Notes under the pieces: model-generated
Seen by the model: only the letters and a program-made list of their open reading frames with translations
Told to the model about the DNA's origin: nothing
Databases searched by the model: none
Position numbers and translations under genes: made by a program
Source: the human T2T-CHM13v2.0 reference genome, Homo sapiens
DNA length: 64,000 nt
Reading direction: 5' to 3' (one strand)
Assembly (NCBI RefSeq): GCF_009914755.1
Contig: NC_060937.1
Shown here: in pieces, positions 15,091-28,979 of the stretch
Layout: every line of letters begins with the position of its first letter
Numbering within the stretch: position 1 is the stretch's first letter

Positions 15091-15200
15091 GCTGGGTGCA
15101 GTCGCCCACATCTGTAACCCCAGGAGTCTGAGATCAGCTTGGGCAACACAGCGAGACCCCATCTCTATTAAAAAAAAAAAAAAAGCCAGAAAAAATAAAA
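15091..15200 (+). mobile_element. FLAM-like monomer with internal deletion
   Basis: GCTGGGTGCAGT..CTGTAACCCCAGGAGTCTGAGATCAGCTTGGGCAACACAGCGAGACCCC, poly-A; TSD AAGCTAGTCA at 15081-15090 and 15201-15210. Confidence 0.8.
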
Positions 15201-15554
15201 AAGCTAGTCACCAAATACCACATATTTTATGATTATATTTATGTAAAATGTCCAACAGAAGAAAATCTAAAGACAGAAAATAGATTAGTGGTTCCCTAAG
15301 GCTGAGGAGAGGGTATAATGGGTGGCTACTAATGGGAGTGAGTTTTCTTTAGGGGCTGACAAAAATGTCCTAATATCACATTGTGGTGATGGTTGCATAA
15401 CTCTGTGAATATGCTAAAAATCATTTAATTTTACACTTTAAATAGGTGAATTTTATGGTACTTAAATTATATCTCAAAAAAGCTATTTTTAAAAGCTTAT
15501 TATTTATTCAGCTTTTATATTTTATTATTATCAGAATGCATCTTACTGTAAGAA

Positions 15555-16842
<1,288 letters not shown>

Positions 16843-18549
16843 ATTCTCCTCCCAGCTCTCCTGAGCTTTTATATCATCATTCACTTAGTAATATTTAAAA
16901 GCTCTCCCATCTATCTTGAATAACTCCAGTTGCCCTTTAAAGTTATTTACATTTATTTGACCTTTGTGAAGGATAAAATTATAAAGTCTCCATTTTTACA
17001 ATCTTTCTCATACTTAAAATTTATTATAAATATCAACATTTGTCTGCCATCCAAAATCAGCACGAAGCATTTTAATCTCCTCTAAAATATCCTGTACTTC
17101 AGCATTTTTCCTACATCAGAAATGTTTCTTTGTCTGTGTTTGGACTTTTCCTTGTTTTTCTCAGGTTGGAGACAAACTAAAAAATGTATTTCAGGGAGAA
17201 TGGGACACTGAATATATTGGGAAAGCTATTTTTTCATGAAAATTAGATATCTGTATGTATTTTTTACAATATAGTGTGTATGGCTTTTTTTGTCTTTACT
17301 TACAACTTCCAATTCTCATTTTATTTTTGTTCCTAATTTGCAGTTCACATTTATTCTTGGTAAATTATTGCAGAGAAGTAATCTGTCTCAAATTCTATTC
17401 TGTAACACCTAGTCACTGCTCTAAAGTTTCTTCTAATTTTTAATTTCGTCTTGCTAAGTGCTGGCCACCTTCCTTGGTGTCTGCCATGCACTTAATAAAA
17501 ATGCCCCCAATCCATCTGTCAGGTCAGGCTTGCCATTTACCTCTCAGGGATGTGGTAGAAATTAATGAGATCACTGTTCCAATGCTCTCTAAAGACTTGC
17601 ATTTTGGAAGAGCTAAGTCAAAAGTCACAAAAGATTTGAACTATGAATTGTTCATGAAAAATAAATTTTATAATTCTTAGTAAATGTGAAGAACATTAGA
17701 TATTCAAAAGAATGGACCCAGCTGTTGAAAAAATGACAGTAGTCGAGGCTAGAATACCCTTACTGTACAGAAAATTGCAGGGCTGATGAAGAATTGAAAT
17801 CAAAAAATTTGAAATGTATAAATATCTCAAAAACAAGTTTTCACTATCACTTATGATATCTAATGAAAAACAAAAATGAGAATTGTACAGGGGTGATAAT
17901 ATCCAGATCAATAGTAATTTTCTGTTTTTGAATATTTTTATAATACTACCTAAGTAGTCTTAGAATATTTTGAAAATGGATATTAAGATGAGAAAATTAT
18001 CTATAACTTACAACACAGTTTCACCAACATTTTGTCATTTTCTTTGATTTTTAAGCTATATATATTTTAAGTGATGCTGAATAAATGCTATATTTTAAGT
18101 ACTATGTGCTAATTTTCAAGGTATTTTAAATGATATATAACAGTATTCCATACTATATAGAAATATCAAACCAAAAGATAAACATACAAATGAAGTTATA
18201 CAGATTTCTACCACTGTTAAATATTTTGATACAGTTCAGTAAACGGTTTATGCATTTCAAAGTTTTCTGTTCTTTTTTAAACATAATTAATTTTAATGAC
18301 TTTATTACATAAGAACAAATGTTCATTATATAAAAATCAGATAATGAAATGTATAAAAAGAAAATAAAAATTATAAATAATGCCACCAAACAGATATCAC
18401 TGCTAATATTTTGTGTATATATACATACGTGTGACATAAATGTACAGATATAGACATAGTTATATGTCTCTTTCTCTCACTATATATGTATACACAGACA
18501 TACAATATTTTTTAATCACTTATATATCAGTATATATATAAAATTCATA

Positions 18550-19012
18550 TAATTAAATAATTCAAATTTAAAATAATTCAAACTTAAAGCTGTTGGAACT
18601 TTAAATTAATTTGAGCCTTGAGAGGAGTATAGTTATTTAGCCTGAGTCACATGGCATGTGACTTCAATGTCTACCTTTATGGTCCCTGTAAATTAGGAAG
18701 GCCAAGAGCCACCAGAGATAAGACCTCCCCAGATCATTGCCCTTCTTCACAAAGTAGTAATCTTCCTTGCAATGTAGCAATCTGTAATTAATCAAATCAC
18801 TGTGGCATATACCCTGGTCCTGTATGGAAAATGTAATCCTGCTGAAACAGCTCTGTATCTGTTTGTATAAGTGAAACCTTCACTTCTCCACTTTGAAATG
18901 CGTACCTCATTCATTTGGAGGCAGTGTTTCTGGATGGCCAGCCTCAAGATTTGTGGTCAAATGAACTCCATAGGTAATCATACGCCCTGAATCTTATTAT
19001 TTAAGGCTGACA
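18550..19012 (+). mobile_element. 5' LTR of a class I ERV (MER72/LTR47-like)
   Basis: Starts AATTCAAACTTAAAGCTGTTGGAAC, TATA-like TATAAG at ~18866, ends AAGGCTGACA just before a PBS. Confidence 0.8.
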
Positions 19013-19015
19013 TTT

Positions 19016-19031
19016 TGGCAACCAAAGGGAC
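19016..19031 (+). promoter_or_regulatory. Primer-binding site, probably tRNA-Arg type
   Basis: TGGCAACCA--AAGGGAC versus the Arg-type PBS TGGCGACCACGAAGGGAC, 3 nt after the LTR-terminal CA. Confidence 0.65.
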
Positions 19032-19889
19032 CTGACATGAACGTCTGGTAATCCTTGTTACTTTGCCAACAGCCAGAGACTTGGTAGCAGCATAAATAAC
19101 TTCTGTTTGTCCAACCTTGCTGGGGTCAACAGAGATCTTTGGGAAGACCCCTCTCAAATCCCAATCCTCCCAGGCTTAGCTGAGGATTCGGACATTACTC
19201 AAACTACACACATTTCTAACTCAATGGAGTTGGAATTGAAGCACTACTACAAGGTAGTAGCTTCATTTGCTGTTCTCTAGAGATTCTGCTAATTGAGGAT
19301 TTGTGATTTTCCCTTTTCTCTGATGTTAAGGTTTTGTTTGGAATCACTCCATAGAGTTTTTAAACCTTTTCTCACATTTGAAATTTTGGTCAGGGAAACA
19401 AAACAGTTTCTCTCTGAAAAGAGGGAGTGAATCTTTGTGGCTTAAACAAAGATGAGTAATCTTTTAAATTGGCTACATTCTGAAGCTCAGTTCAACTGAC
19501 AAACCTAAACTTTCTTTTTAAGTGTCCAAAATAATAAGAGGTTTTCTATAAGGATAAGTTCTGAAGATAAGAGACAATTCTTCCCAGCTGAAAGCCACCG
19601 TAAGTGACTAAGGTCTTATGGAAGTGTTGGAGCTTATCACTCACAATGAAATGGTCTTACAAGGAGTCCATTAAGAAGAACAGGAAACCCTGCTTAATCT
19701 GGTAGGCACAACTAAAGGCTGATCACCTGGTACCTTAAGCATCCAAGTTTCCTGGGACCATCAAGACACATAAAAAGGAAGAACTTACTCAAAGGTAAAA
19801 TAAGGAGCAGTTATTCTGATAAGCAGCACACTTATTCCAAAGCAACTCCCATTAGATCTTTTTGGTCATTCAAAAGGAAAGTCTAAATT

Positions 19890-21215
19890 ATGGGAAATCA
19901 TACTTCTAAAACTGAATCTTCCTCCTTAAGGAGGGAGCTATCATTGGAAACACCAGCTGAATTTCTGTTAAATAATCATGGCACCTTGTCATGCATGTAA
20001 GACCAGAAAAATGGTCTCATATAAATTTCAAAGACCCCAAATTACATTGGCCACAAAGGGGTACTTTTAAATAAGTGAATTAGTTTATCTGTGTGCTCAA
20101 TGAGAAAAAAACAGCTCTAAAATAAAAGAAGATAACTGGAGGAGCTATTTTCAATGATACTTGAAAGCATTTAAAAGAGGTTCTGATAAAGCCATTTCTT
20201 TGCAAGAGGAAAAGATTGTCTGAAACAACTTCTGAATCGAAAAAGGCTGCCAAAATTCCTCCTCCTTCTTTGTCTTCTCCTTCTCTTCTGTTAGAATTTC
20301 CTTGTCTGCATCTACCTCCCCTTTCTCCTCCTCCTTCTTCTGCTGTTCTGGCTCCATTTCAGGAACATCCCGTGTCCAGTAGAGGAGAACTTACCTTGGT
20401 TTATCAACTATGGCTAAAAGTAGAACCCAAAGGCATAATTAAAGAATTCTTGGATCCTTTTTAGAACCTTATTGGATTTTCTAGAGAATTCAAATCAGAC
20501 ATTCAAACTTGTTACCCCAAATTCTCTGATTTTTATCAATTGGTTCACGTGTTAATGTCAGACAACAAAACCAAGGATTGGATAGAAAAAGCAAACTGCA
20601 GGAATGTTATGGAGGACTTCCATGAATTTTCTGAACCAGATTGTGAATGGGCCCACAATACTCCCCAATCTTTACTAGATGTTATCCCCTTAGTTTTCCA
20701 AAGACCAGTGATTAGAATAAAACACAACAATGCTAACACGATCTTGATAAGCCTGTAATGTCACACTGTGAAAGATTTGAAAAATTATTTAAACAATATT
20801 CAGGTCTATTAGAAGAAAGGTATGCTAATCACTAAAATTACACTCTCCTTAACTCAAACTTTTTAAGTAGATTAGATTAGGAATTTTAAGTAGATTAGTT
20901 TGAGAATAATTAAGAGACAGAGCCTCAGCTGAGCTACCTCTTAAGCTCATGATCTAGTCAATTTTGCTGATCAATGTCCTGTACTCTAACCAAGCAAGAA
21001 AAAGAAAAACGAAAACTAAACAGAAAGGAAATCAAATAAGATCATGAGCTTACCACTAAAACAATTGGCCCACCCATTTGTAAGCCCTAAACATCCTAAT
21101 AAGTTCTAAAACCAACCCAATCTCCAGCTTTGCAATTACTGCAAAAGGCCTGGGCATTTAAAAAGAATTGTAGAAAATTAAAATGTAAAGAACAGTTGGA
21201 GGCCAAAGTAAAAGA
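19890..21215 (+). pseudogene. gag: ERV gag, disrupted
   Basis: ATG GGA AAT (MGN myristoylation-type start), proline-rich PPPS..LPPLSPPP segment, CCHC knuckle remnant CNYCKRPGH at ~21131. Confidence 0.8.
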
Positions 21216-21239
21216 ATAATAGAGATACTCTGAGAACTT

Positions 21240-21560
21240 GAAAGGGAAATGAAAATTAATTTAAATGAAGAGCAAACATATGCTCTTATTGACACTGAAG
21301 CTACATTATCAGTGGTAAATCCCACTTTATTGTAAGGTTCCCATTCCTCAGAGTGAGAAAACAATACAAATGGTAGATATAACAAATACTCCTATGTCAG
21401 TATATAAATCTAAACCTATTGTTTTACAGTTAGGTCCTCTACAAGGAACACATGTTTTCCTTTTGCTTCCCTCAGCCTCTATTCATTTGATAGGGAAAGC
21501 CTTTTTATAATTATACAATATCCACATCTCTTTCTCTCAAAATGGGAAATGTATTTATAA
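21240..21560 (+). pseudogene. pro: ERV aspartic protease, disrupted
   Basis: ALIDTEATLSVV (DTG motif changed to DTE) and a downstream HLIGK segment. Confidence 0.75.
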
Positions 21561-21699
21561 TTAAAAGATAAAATAGAATTATTAGGATCAAAAACTTTTT
21601 AAAAATTTGATTCTTTTAATTCACAAATTGCAATTCGTATTGTCATGGAGGAAATAAAATTGTTAAAGAATGAATTGCAAGTGTGGTTAAATATAGTAC

Positions 21700-23350
21700 C
21701 TGATTAGTCATGGTCAAAATCTTCCACCAGTATTGGGAAAATTATCTTGACCACACCAAGTTATATTTAAATAATCCATCAAAATCTCTTTCAAATCTTG
21801 AGCAATACTTTCTAAGATTAGAGGCCTCAAAAGGAATAAGGCCTATAATTTTGGATAAAAAAAGAGGCTTGATTGTTCCTTATACAAGGCCATGTAATAC
21901 TCCAATCCTCCTCATAAGAAAACCAAATTGTAGATAACAGAGATTTGTATAGGATTTGAGGGCAATTAGTAATATAGTTATTCCTTGATGTCTAGTGGTA
22001 TGAAACCCCCATGTGTTGTCAACTGCTGTCCCAACTGAAGGTGAGATGTTTACTATAACAGACCTATGGAGTGCATTCTTTAGTATTCGTGTAGATAAAA
22101 ATAGACAATTTCTCTTTGCCTTTACTTGGGAAGACAAACAATACACATGGACAGTCATGCCTCAGGGAAATACTGACAGCCCAACTTATTTTTTACAAAT
22201 ATTAAAAGCAGGCCTTTCACATGCTGACACCCCTAAGAAATCCACTTTGATGCAGTATGTAGATGTTTTACTTCTCTTCTCAGGGAATAAACAAGCCTTC
22301 AAAGAGGATGACATTTATTTGCTACAACGATTAGCTTCAAAATGACACAAGATCTCAAAAGAAAAACTTCAGTTCTCTCAAAAACAATTAAGATATTTAG
22401 GTAATACAATACCAAAGGAAGGACTTTTTATCAATCTAAATGGAATAGAAAGAATATTCACCTTCCCTACCCCAAAAACTAGCAAACAACTGAGAGGATT
22501 TTGGAGTTGGCAGGATACTGCAGAAATTGGATTCCAAACTTCTCCTTAAAAGCTCAACCTTGCTGTATCCAAGTATGTTCTAGTGATGGTTTGTATGTTC
22601 TGTTACTTAATAGAGAATTTCCATGCAGAAGACCAGCCTTAGCTGTAAGTAAAATTATTTTAGAGAAAATTATTCTAACTTGGAAAGTTTCTCTAGAACT
22701 TTATAACAACAGAGATACTCATTTCACTGGACAAATAATCTTGTCAGTATGCAAAATTTGGCCCACTATCCAACATCTCCATTATGCCTGTCACCCCCAG
22801 TCTTATGGGTTAGTGGAAAGAATAAACAGAGTAATCAAAACTCAGTTTGGTAAAATTAACTGAGGTTTTTAAAATACTTGGTCAAAGGCTCTTCCATCAG
22901 TTTTGTTCAACCTAAGATTAACCCCTTTTAGTAAATACCAACTGTCTCCATTTGAAATTGTACCATACAGACCTATGAAATTGTCTCTAAGAAACAGTGA
23001 ATCTATGATATTAAAAAGGGACATGTTGTATTAGTTTAGTGGCCTTATAAAAACTGTAATTCAGTAAAAGACTTTCCACAGCGAGTTCCTGGAAGACAAA
23101 AAAAAAAAAAAAAACTCAAGGACCACAGACTTTAGCTAGAAGATTTTGTCTATTAGAAATGGCATCTTTTAAAGGACTCTCTCCAATCAAGGTGAAAGGG
23201 ACCTTATCAGGTGCTCCCAAGTAACACTTGTGCCACTAAACTAAATGGAATTGTCTCCTAGATATACATCACTCACTCAAAGAAAGCTACTTTGGCTTTG
23301 CCAATTTAGACTTCATGTCAAACTGGTGATCTACAATTGAAATTCTCCAT
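21700..23350 (+). pseudogene. pol: ERV pol (RT plus integrase core; RNase H region missing), disrupted
   Basis: PCNTPIL, DLWSAFFSI, QFLFAFTW, YTWTVMPQG, QYVDVLLL (YxDD changed to YVDV), LAGYCRNWIPNF; then THFTGQII, HPQSYGLVERINR and KGPYQV. Confidence 0.9.
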
Positions 23351-23427
23351 AACCAACAAAGATCAAAAGAAGGTGGCATCTGAGGTAATCAGCCTTCCGA
23401 AGACATAAGACCAGGCCTGTATCCAAA

Positions 23428-24901
23428 TGAACACTTTACATTAGTAATAATTAATACTTGAGGAAGGTCTTCCTTTATAAATTTCCACTAAATTTCTTTC
23501 TTTTCATCTCAAATTCTTATATTTTGTTGCTACTATCACCATCTGTGGACCATATAGCAAACCTCTTCTTGCAATGGGCTCAGGACTATGGTAATAGATT
23601 ACAAAAAACAAGAAACATTTGTTGGGTATGTAGTCTCCTGCCTGTTTCTGATGGTTCTGGCCTACCCTGGTGGTATTTCCTCTCCAAGGACAAGATTGGA
23701 TAGAATATCAGAAATATATCCACATTTCTCAAGAACAATCATCAGTACTTAGCACTAGTATGACTAAGCAAGGTGTGCATCACTGGCCTATTAATATTGC
23801 TTTACAAAGCAAAAAGCATAGAAAAAGAGTTTTGAGGAAAAAAAAAAACAGAAAAACAAAAAGCCCCCAGTTCATTAATTGTAACACTGGAAGTGCCCCA
23901 AATGAGGAATGAAACAATGACACTGTCCCAACTGAGAGATAAGACAACTCAATTTCAGGATGGCATAACACAAATTTGGGACAGTTTTATCTGACTTACC
24001 CACTCCTTTGGCTAATTTAGTCAGCTTGTCCATCTATGTTGGGAACAGATAAATCATACTGAGGATACCCCATTCAATAGCACCAGAGATATGGGATGGA
24101 TACCCAAAGAACAGTGTATCCCCATCATTATATGACAAAGTACTAATTGGCATGCTACCGAATGGTCACAATAACTGGGTTTTTATTGGTTAGCTCCAAA
24201 TAAAATGTCTTGGCTATGCAGCACTAATGTATGACCATGGTTACCACCAGGATGGTTAGGATGATGTTCTTTGGGTTATGTTAGACACAAGGTTGCATAG
24301 ATCATACCCTGTCAACATCTGCAAATTTTCCTCATTCACAATCTCATCGGGTTAATTCTACATTTCATTGGTATGATCATTCAGCTTCCATCTTCATACT
24401 ACAAATGGGTATTGATAATGTCATTTAGCATAAAGAAGCCCTAACCAATTACACACAAATGATAGCTACATGGGTATTTTGTTATTAAACAATAAAGTTA
24501 TCTTATGAGAAAAAGCTATATTATAGAACATCTGGCTTCAGACATATAGCAGCCCAAGGGGAAACTTGCATGATCATTAAAACTGAGTGCTATGTCTATA
24601 TACCAGATAAATCAGATAATATTATTAAACCAATGGCTAATATGAAAACCCAAATAAATAACCTTTTGAATCCAACACCCTTTCTAAACAATTGGCTAAG
24701 AAGATGGTTTGGATCTTGGGGAACTTGGTGGCAAAAACTGTTACTTACTCTGGGAATTATAATCATTTATTGTGTTTTATTGTTTTTGTCTTCATTTTTG
24801 CTGCAACATCTCTTTGCAATGGAGTAAATAAATGCATGACCAAAAAAACTAAAATAATGGTTGCTCAAAGAATTGCATTAATTGAAGATGTAGCTGTTTA
24901 G
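23428..24901 (+). pseudogene. env: ERV env (gamma-type SU/TM), disrupted
   Basis: Hydrophobic signal region, CWVC (23620-23631), FHWYDH fusion-peptide region, AAQGETCMIIKTECYVYIPD (CX6CC remnant), TM anchor LLLTLGIIIIYCVLL. Confidence 0.85.
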
Positions 24902-25077
24902 CCTGTTTTAAGCCACAAATTCACTTTCTTTATGTTGTCTTAAATTTGGTCTGTACTCTATTTTATAGCTTAATTCCCCCTGATTACAGGACAATATATT
25001 TTTAGGAATGAGCCCTCCTAGTGATGTGGGACTAAACTCTTGAACATAAAAGAAGTCAAAATTATTGAGCTTTGACT

Positions 25078-25648
25078 TGGGAAATTAAAAACAAATAAAC
25101 TTTAAAAGTTGTTAAAAACTTCCAAACACTTTAAGCCTTGAGAGAGATGTGACTGTGATCTCAGCCACGTCACATGTAGTTGTAACTTCTGTTTCTTAGA
25201 ATATAGATTGGCTCCCCTACTCTTCATGCTTGTTCTGTAAGTGAGAGACCAGAGACCAGACATCCTCCCCTTTCAATCACTAATATTTGTTATAGATTAA
25301 CTGTCTCCTTTACTGTCCTGTACCTAACTCAGACTGATAGCACAAAAGACCCCATGATGGTTATATCTTCACTGTGGAATGTTAAATATACCTTTCCCAA
25401 AATAAAAAAAAGACCACTCTGACTAATAGATTACTGTAACTATGTATTATGCCTTATATAGAAAAATGCCAAAATTCAGTTAAGCTTCCCAAACCTTATC
25501 TATATAAACGACCCCAAACTCCTACACTTAGGAGCACTGATTTTCATTCTTTGGAATCTGTGCTTCCTTGGCAGATATTCTCAAACTTTGTGTTTAATAA
25601 ACTATCTTTAAACTAGATTCTGACCCTTTTGACTATTTTTGTTTGACA
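25078..25648 (+). mobile_element. LTR (MER72-like), related to but clearly different from the 5' LTR
   Basis: TG..AAAAGTTGTT..AAGCCTTGAGAGAGATGTGAC.., TATATAAA at ~25501, ends GTTTGACA; about 110 bp longer than the 5' LTR. Confidence 0.8.
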
Positions 25649-25789
25649 GAACTTCTAGAACCATATCTCCAACCCTAGAATGACTTTGGCTATATTAAAT
25701 TCCTTGAATGCTAAACTTTATCCTGTAGAAAATCAGGGAGTCAATACAAATACTTTTTAAAAAATAATGTATATTCAAGGGATCAATCT

Positions 25790-26160
25790 GTTTAAAGATG
25801 TTTACTGTTTACACATATTAGGCACAATGATATAGTAACAAATTAGGCTACTTTTCCTATTTCTTGCCCTTCAGCAAATGACAATCTGGTGGGGGAGACT
25901 CATATATACACAAATCACTATAATAGAGTAAGAAACATTAAGCACATGCACAGATAGATTCCTAAACATTGGTACTTGCCCAAATTGTTATACTACATTG
26001 AAGAGCATCATTATAGAGTCATAAACAGTAAGTTATAGCAACTAAGGGAATGATTAATCCTATCTGTGTGAAGGGCTATGAATGCTTCATAGAAGTGTTG
26101 ATTTGTAATGACGGCCTTGAAAATTCATAGAATTCTGTCAACTAGTGAGGAAGGACGAAA
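25790..26160 (+). mobile_element. L2 fragment
   Basis: TTTACTG..TAGGCAC..GCCCTTCAGCAAATGACAATCTGGTGGGGGAGAC L2-like motifs; strand uncertain. Confidence 0.5.
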
Positions 26161-26252
26161 ACTAATGTTTCCTTTTTATTTTTTATTTTCTTACCTTAAT
26201 TTTTAAATGTTTTAAATGTTTTGAAGATGCTCAGCATGTTGAAGTTTTCATA

Positions 26253-26796
26253 TACAGAAAACCCAAAATATTTCACCCCAAAATATACTTCTTTGACATA
26301 CTTCCAAGATGGCTATTTGGAGGGCCTGCAGGCAAAAATAGCCCTGAAAAGCTGCCTTTTGTGGAGGAGATTTGCATCTGTGGAGAAAAATCTACTTTAG
26401 TGAAATAAATAGCCAGGCTTTCTCTGAGGTCTTCCCCCTTATCTAGATCTAGGAAATATGAACACAACCACAGGTTCCTATCTATTTTTTCTGAGAGCTG
26501 CTACCTGTGAGGTTTCATCTGTATAACAAGACCACCTTTGCCACATGCCTTTCTTTCTCCCTATCACACCCTGTCTTGCCAAGCTCCAAGCCCTTATTCT
26601 TTCTCTAACCTTAAATGATATAAAAGCATCAACCATCTGGCCGTTCTTTGAGTTTTTTTATCTTATATTATGCCCATGAACACATGTGCCTGTTAATAAA
26701 TTTTGTATGCCTTTTCTTCTATTAATCTGTCTTTTATCAATTGAGTTTCAGTGAACCTTCAGATGGCTAAGGGGATGTTTTCCTTTGGCTCATACA
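26253..26796 (+). mobile_element. Solo LTR, MER34/MER39-like
   Basis: AAAATATTTCACCCCAAAATATACTTCTTTGACATA start, AATAAA at ~26695, end GAACCTTCAGA..TTTTCCTTTGGCTCATACA; flanks CATA/AATA. Confidence 0.85.
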
Positions 26797-27794
26797 AATA
26801 GCTCTAAGTCATACTCGGAGAACAGATTTTTGTACCCTTGAGAGCAGACTGCCAACGTGGGTCATACTAGCCTTATAAAGATATTAGGACTTTTAACAAT
26901 ATTCAGATCACAGCATATATTTCAGTACCCCCAAATCTCTTTTTATCAACATGGAATTTAGATAAGATAGAGGTTAAACTCTGATTTGCATTAGCTATGA
27001 GGTAGATTTAGGACTAGACTGCCTTTAGTGTTTTTAACAGAATGCTTCCAAACAGAAAATACAATTTACATTTAAAATAAGGCAATGTTTTTAAAAGCTG
27101 TCTTTCGGGTTACGCTAGTCTTTATAGAAAGAATGCAAAATTTCTACGTGACCTCACCTTCTCATTCACATTCACAAAGAAGACACTGCCCAGAGTCAGA
27201 GTAAATATTTCTTGGTGATTTAGCATCTTTAAATATACCCTAACCTTCATCAGTGGAAACCTAGAGCTACTTTTAGGATCAGAGCATGTATGAGAGTTGC
27301 CATAGTCCAACAATACTACAGTAAAGCTTATGGCAAACTTTGAAGGAAGCAAAGTAAATTTTGTATAGCCTCTGCCTTTCCTTTTTAAAAGCTCTCCCCA
27401 ATTATCTCTAGTCCCACTTGCCCTGGGGCATTTATGCTGGCATTCTTCACATACACACAAATGACTTGTTCTCAGGCAGAGCTCAATTTATTCCCACTAA
27501 ATTGAAATGATTATGGTTGAAAGTATCCCTTATGAAAAGTGCACCCTAAAAAATCAGAAAGGCTTTTAAGTCCAAAGGAGGCAATCACTGATGGTGTGGT
27601 TTCTGGTACCACAATCAGTAGTTGAAGTAAACGTTATAGATGTGAAAAAGTTCTTAATGATTCCTGATTCTTTGTGACACACAGAACTAATCACTTTCTG
27701 TACTGAAATTTCATGAAATTTTTTCTAATAATATTGTAATATTGTATTATGATGTGTTTGTGTGCCTTGAAGAACTGTGCCTATCTAGCACAAG

Positions 27795-28030
27795 TGAAAT
27801 ATGTAATGGTAAAAAATTTGGATTTGGAATCAGATAGGCTTGAAGTAACATATATTAGGGTTCAAATCCTGGTTTCCAGTTTAAGAGTTGGGTGGACTTT
27901 GTCAAATTTCTCAGTATTCCCAAGCTTCTTTCATCTGTAAATAGAAATAGCACTATTTAAATTACAAAATGCGTCAATTTATACAAAATCTCAGTTCAAT
28001 GTTTAGTAGAGTTATAAACAATAGTTATTT
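27795..28030 (+). mobile_element. MIR fragment
   Basis: TTGGAATCAGATAG..GGGTTCAAATCCTGGTTTC..TTTCATCTGTAAATAG core-SINE motifs. Confidence 0.65.
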
Positions 28031-28039
28031 TTTTATGTG

Positions 28040-28197
28040 TGCTGTAGACTGAATGTTTGTGTCTGTTCAAAATTCATATGTTGAAACCTAATCCCAATGT
28101 GATCACTTTTGGAGGTGGAACCTTTTCAAAGATGATTAGGTCATGAGAGTGAAGCCCTTCTGATGGGATTAAGGCCCTTATAAAAGAAACTCAGAGA
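28040..28197 (+). mobile_element. MaLR LTR 5' fragment (MLT1A-like)
   Basis: TGCTGTAGACTGAATGTTTGTGTC..AAAATTCATATGTTGAAACCTAATCCCAATGTGAT..CCCTTATAAAAG. Confidence 0.75.
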
Positions 28198-28529
28198 CCA
28201 AAACACAAAGATGAGTCAACTCATATCAGAAATCAGATTTTCCAGATTCAGGGTACTCTTATATTTCCTTTTCTGTGGCTTTACTGGGCATACTCTTCAC
28301 ATCCCTTCAATAATCTCTCTAAAAATCACTAATCAGAGAAGCTTTCTGTGACATCCCAAAATACATAGACAGGTGGTTGTCCTACTTGATGAAACCATAC
28401 ATGGTTTCTATACTTCATGGAAGCTCTTGTCACTTTGTAATAATGTATAATTTTGCTCATCTACATTCTTCATTGGAGTATGACCTCTTAAAAGAAAAAT
28501 GCAACATTGTTTTAGCCTGAATTATCTAA

Positions 28530-28910
28530 GAACCTGATAGAGGAAGTCAGATGTATGTAATTTATTGAGGAAACACTCTCTGAAGAATGTGAAGAAAGTA
28601 GGCTAGGACAGAGAGCTAAGCAAAAGTGTCATCTGAACCTGGAGCCATCCTGCAGACTAGGCCCACAGAGAACTCTGGACAATGAGTTGCACCACGAAAT
28701 TTGCCCCACTTTGAGCCACTGGCATCCAAGTCAGTCAGCCATTGCCTGAGGGCTGCATGAGGAAGGGCAGTACCCTCATAAGCAGGAACTCCTATTTATT
28801 CCACAGCAATTATCTTGAGGAGAGAGTAGCTGTGAATCCTTGACAGCCATCACTACAGTAATGGAGGGTGAGTGTGATGGCTCAATGAAGGAGATCTAGC
28901 CAGAGCAATG
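28530..28910. mobile_element. Old MaLR LTR fragment (MLT1-type)
   Basis: ATGTAATTTATTGAGG..AGAGAACTCTGGA..GTTGCACCAC..GCAATT..GCTGTGA motifs. Confidence 0.45.
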
Positions 28911-28979
28911 ACTTGTAAACTTATGAGTCTTCATCCTAACATCTACTTTCTTGTTTATATAGTGAATGGTTAAAATACT

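Larger units (their letters stand above)
11540..15492 (+). mobile_element. Old L1M element: 5' region, ORF1 part, internal deletion, ORF2 3' half and 3'UTR
   Basis: ORF1-like DNA at 12750-13190, ORF2-like DNA from 13500 (TTTATGAACATAGATACAAAAATCTTCAACAAAATACTAGCAAA), L1M-type 3' end GTGGTGATGGTTGCATAACTCTGTGAAT...TATCTCAAAAAAGCT. Confidence 0.75.
19013..25077 (+). mobile_element. Internal region of a defective class I (gamma-like) endogenous retrovirus
   Basis: gag, pro, pol and env motifs in the correct order between LTR-like sequences. Confidence 0.92.

Noticed and set aside
18400-18560. TA-rich tract as a structured element
   Set aside because: Ordinary degenerate (TA)n low-complexity sequence beside the LTR.
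20151-20357. Glu/Lys-rich minus-strand ORF
   Set aside because: Antisense reading of the pyrimidine-rich, proline-coding part of ERV gag.
27122-27460. 112-aa minus ORF with a strong donor AAG|gtgagg at ~27157
   Set aside because: No good upstream acceptor and no recognisable protein; in the phase needed to join the minus-strand exon chain it contains a stop. It could still be a non-coding exon.
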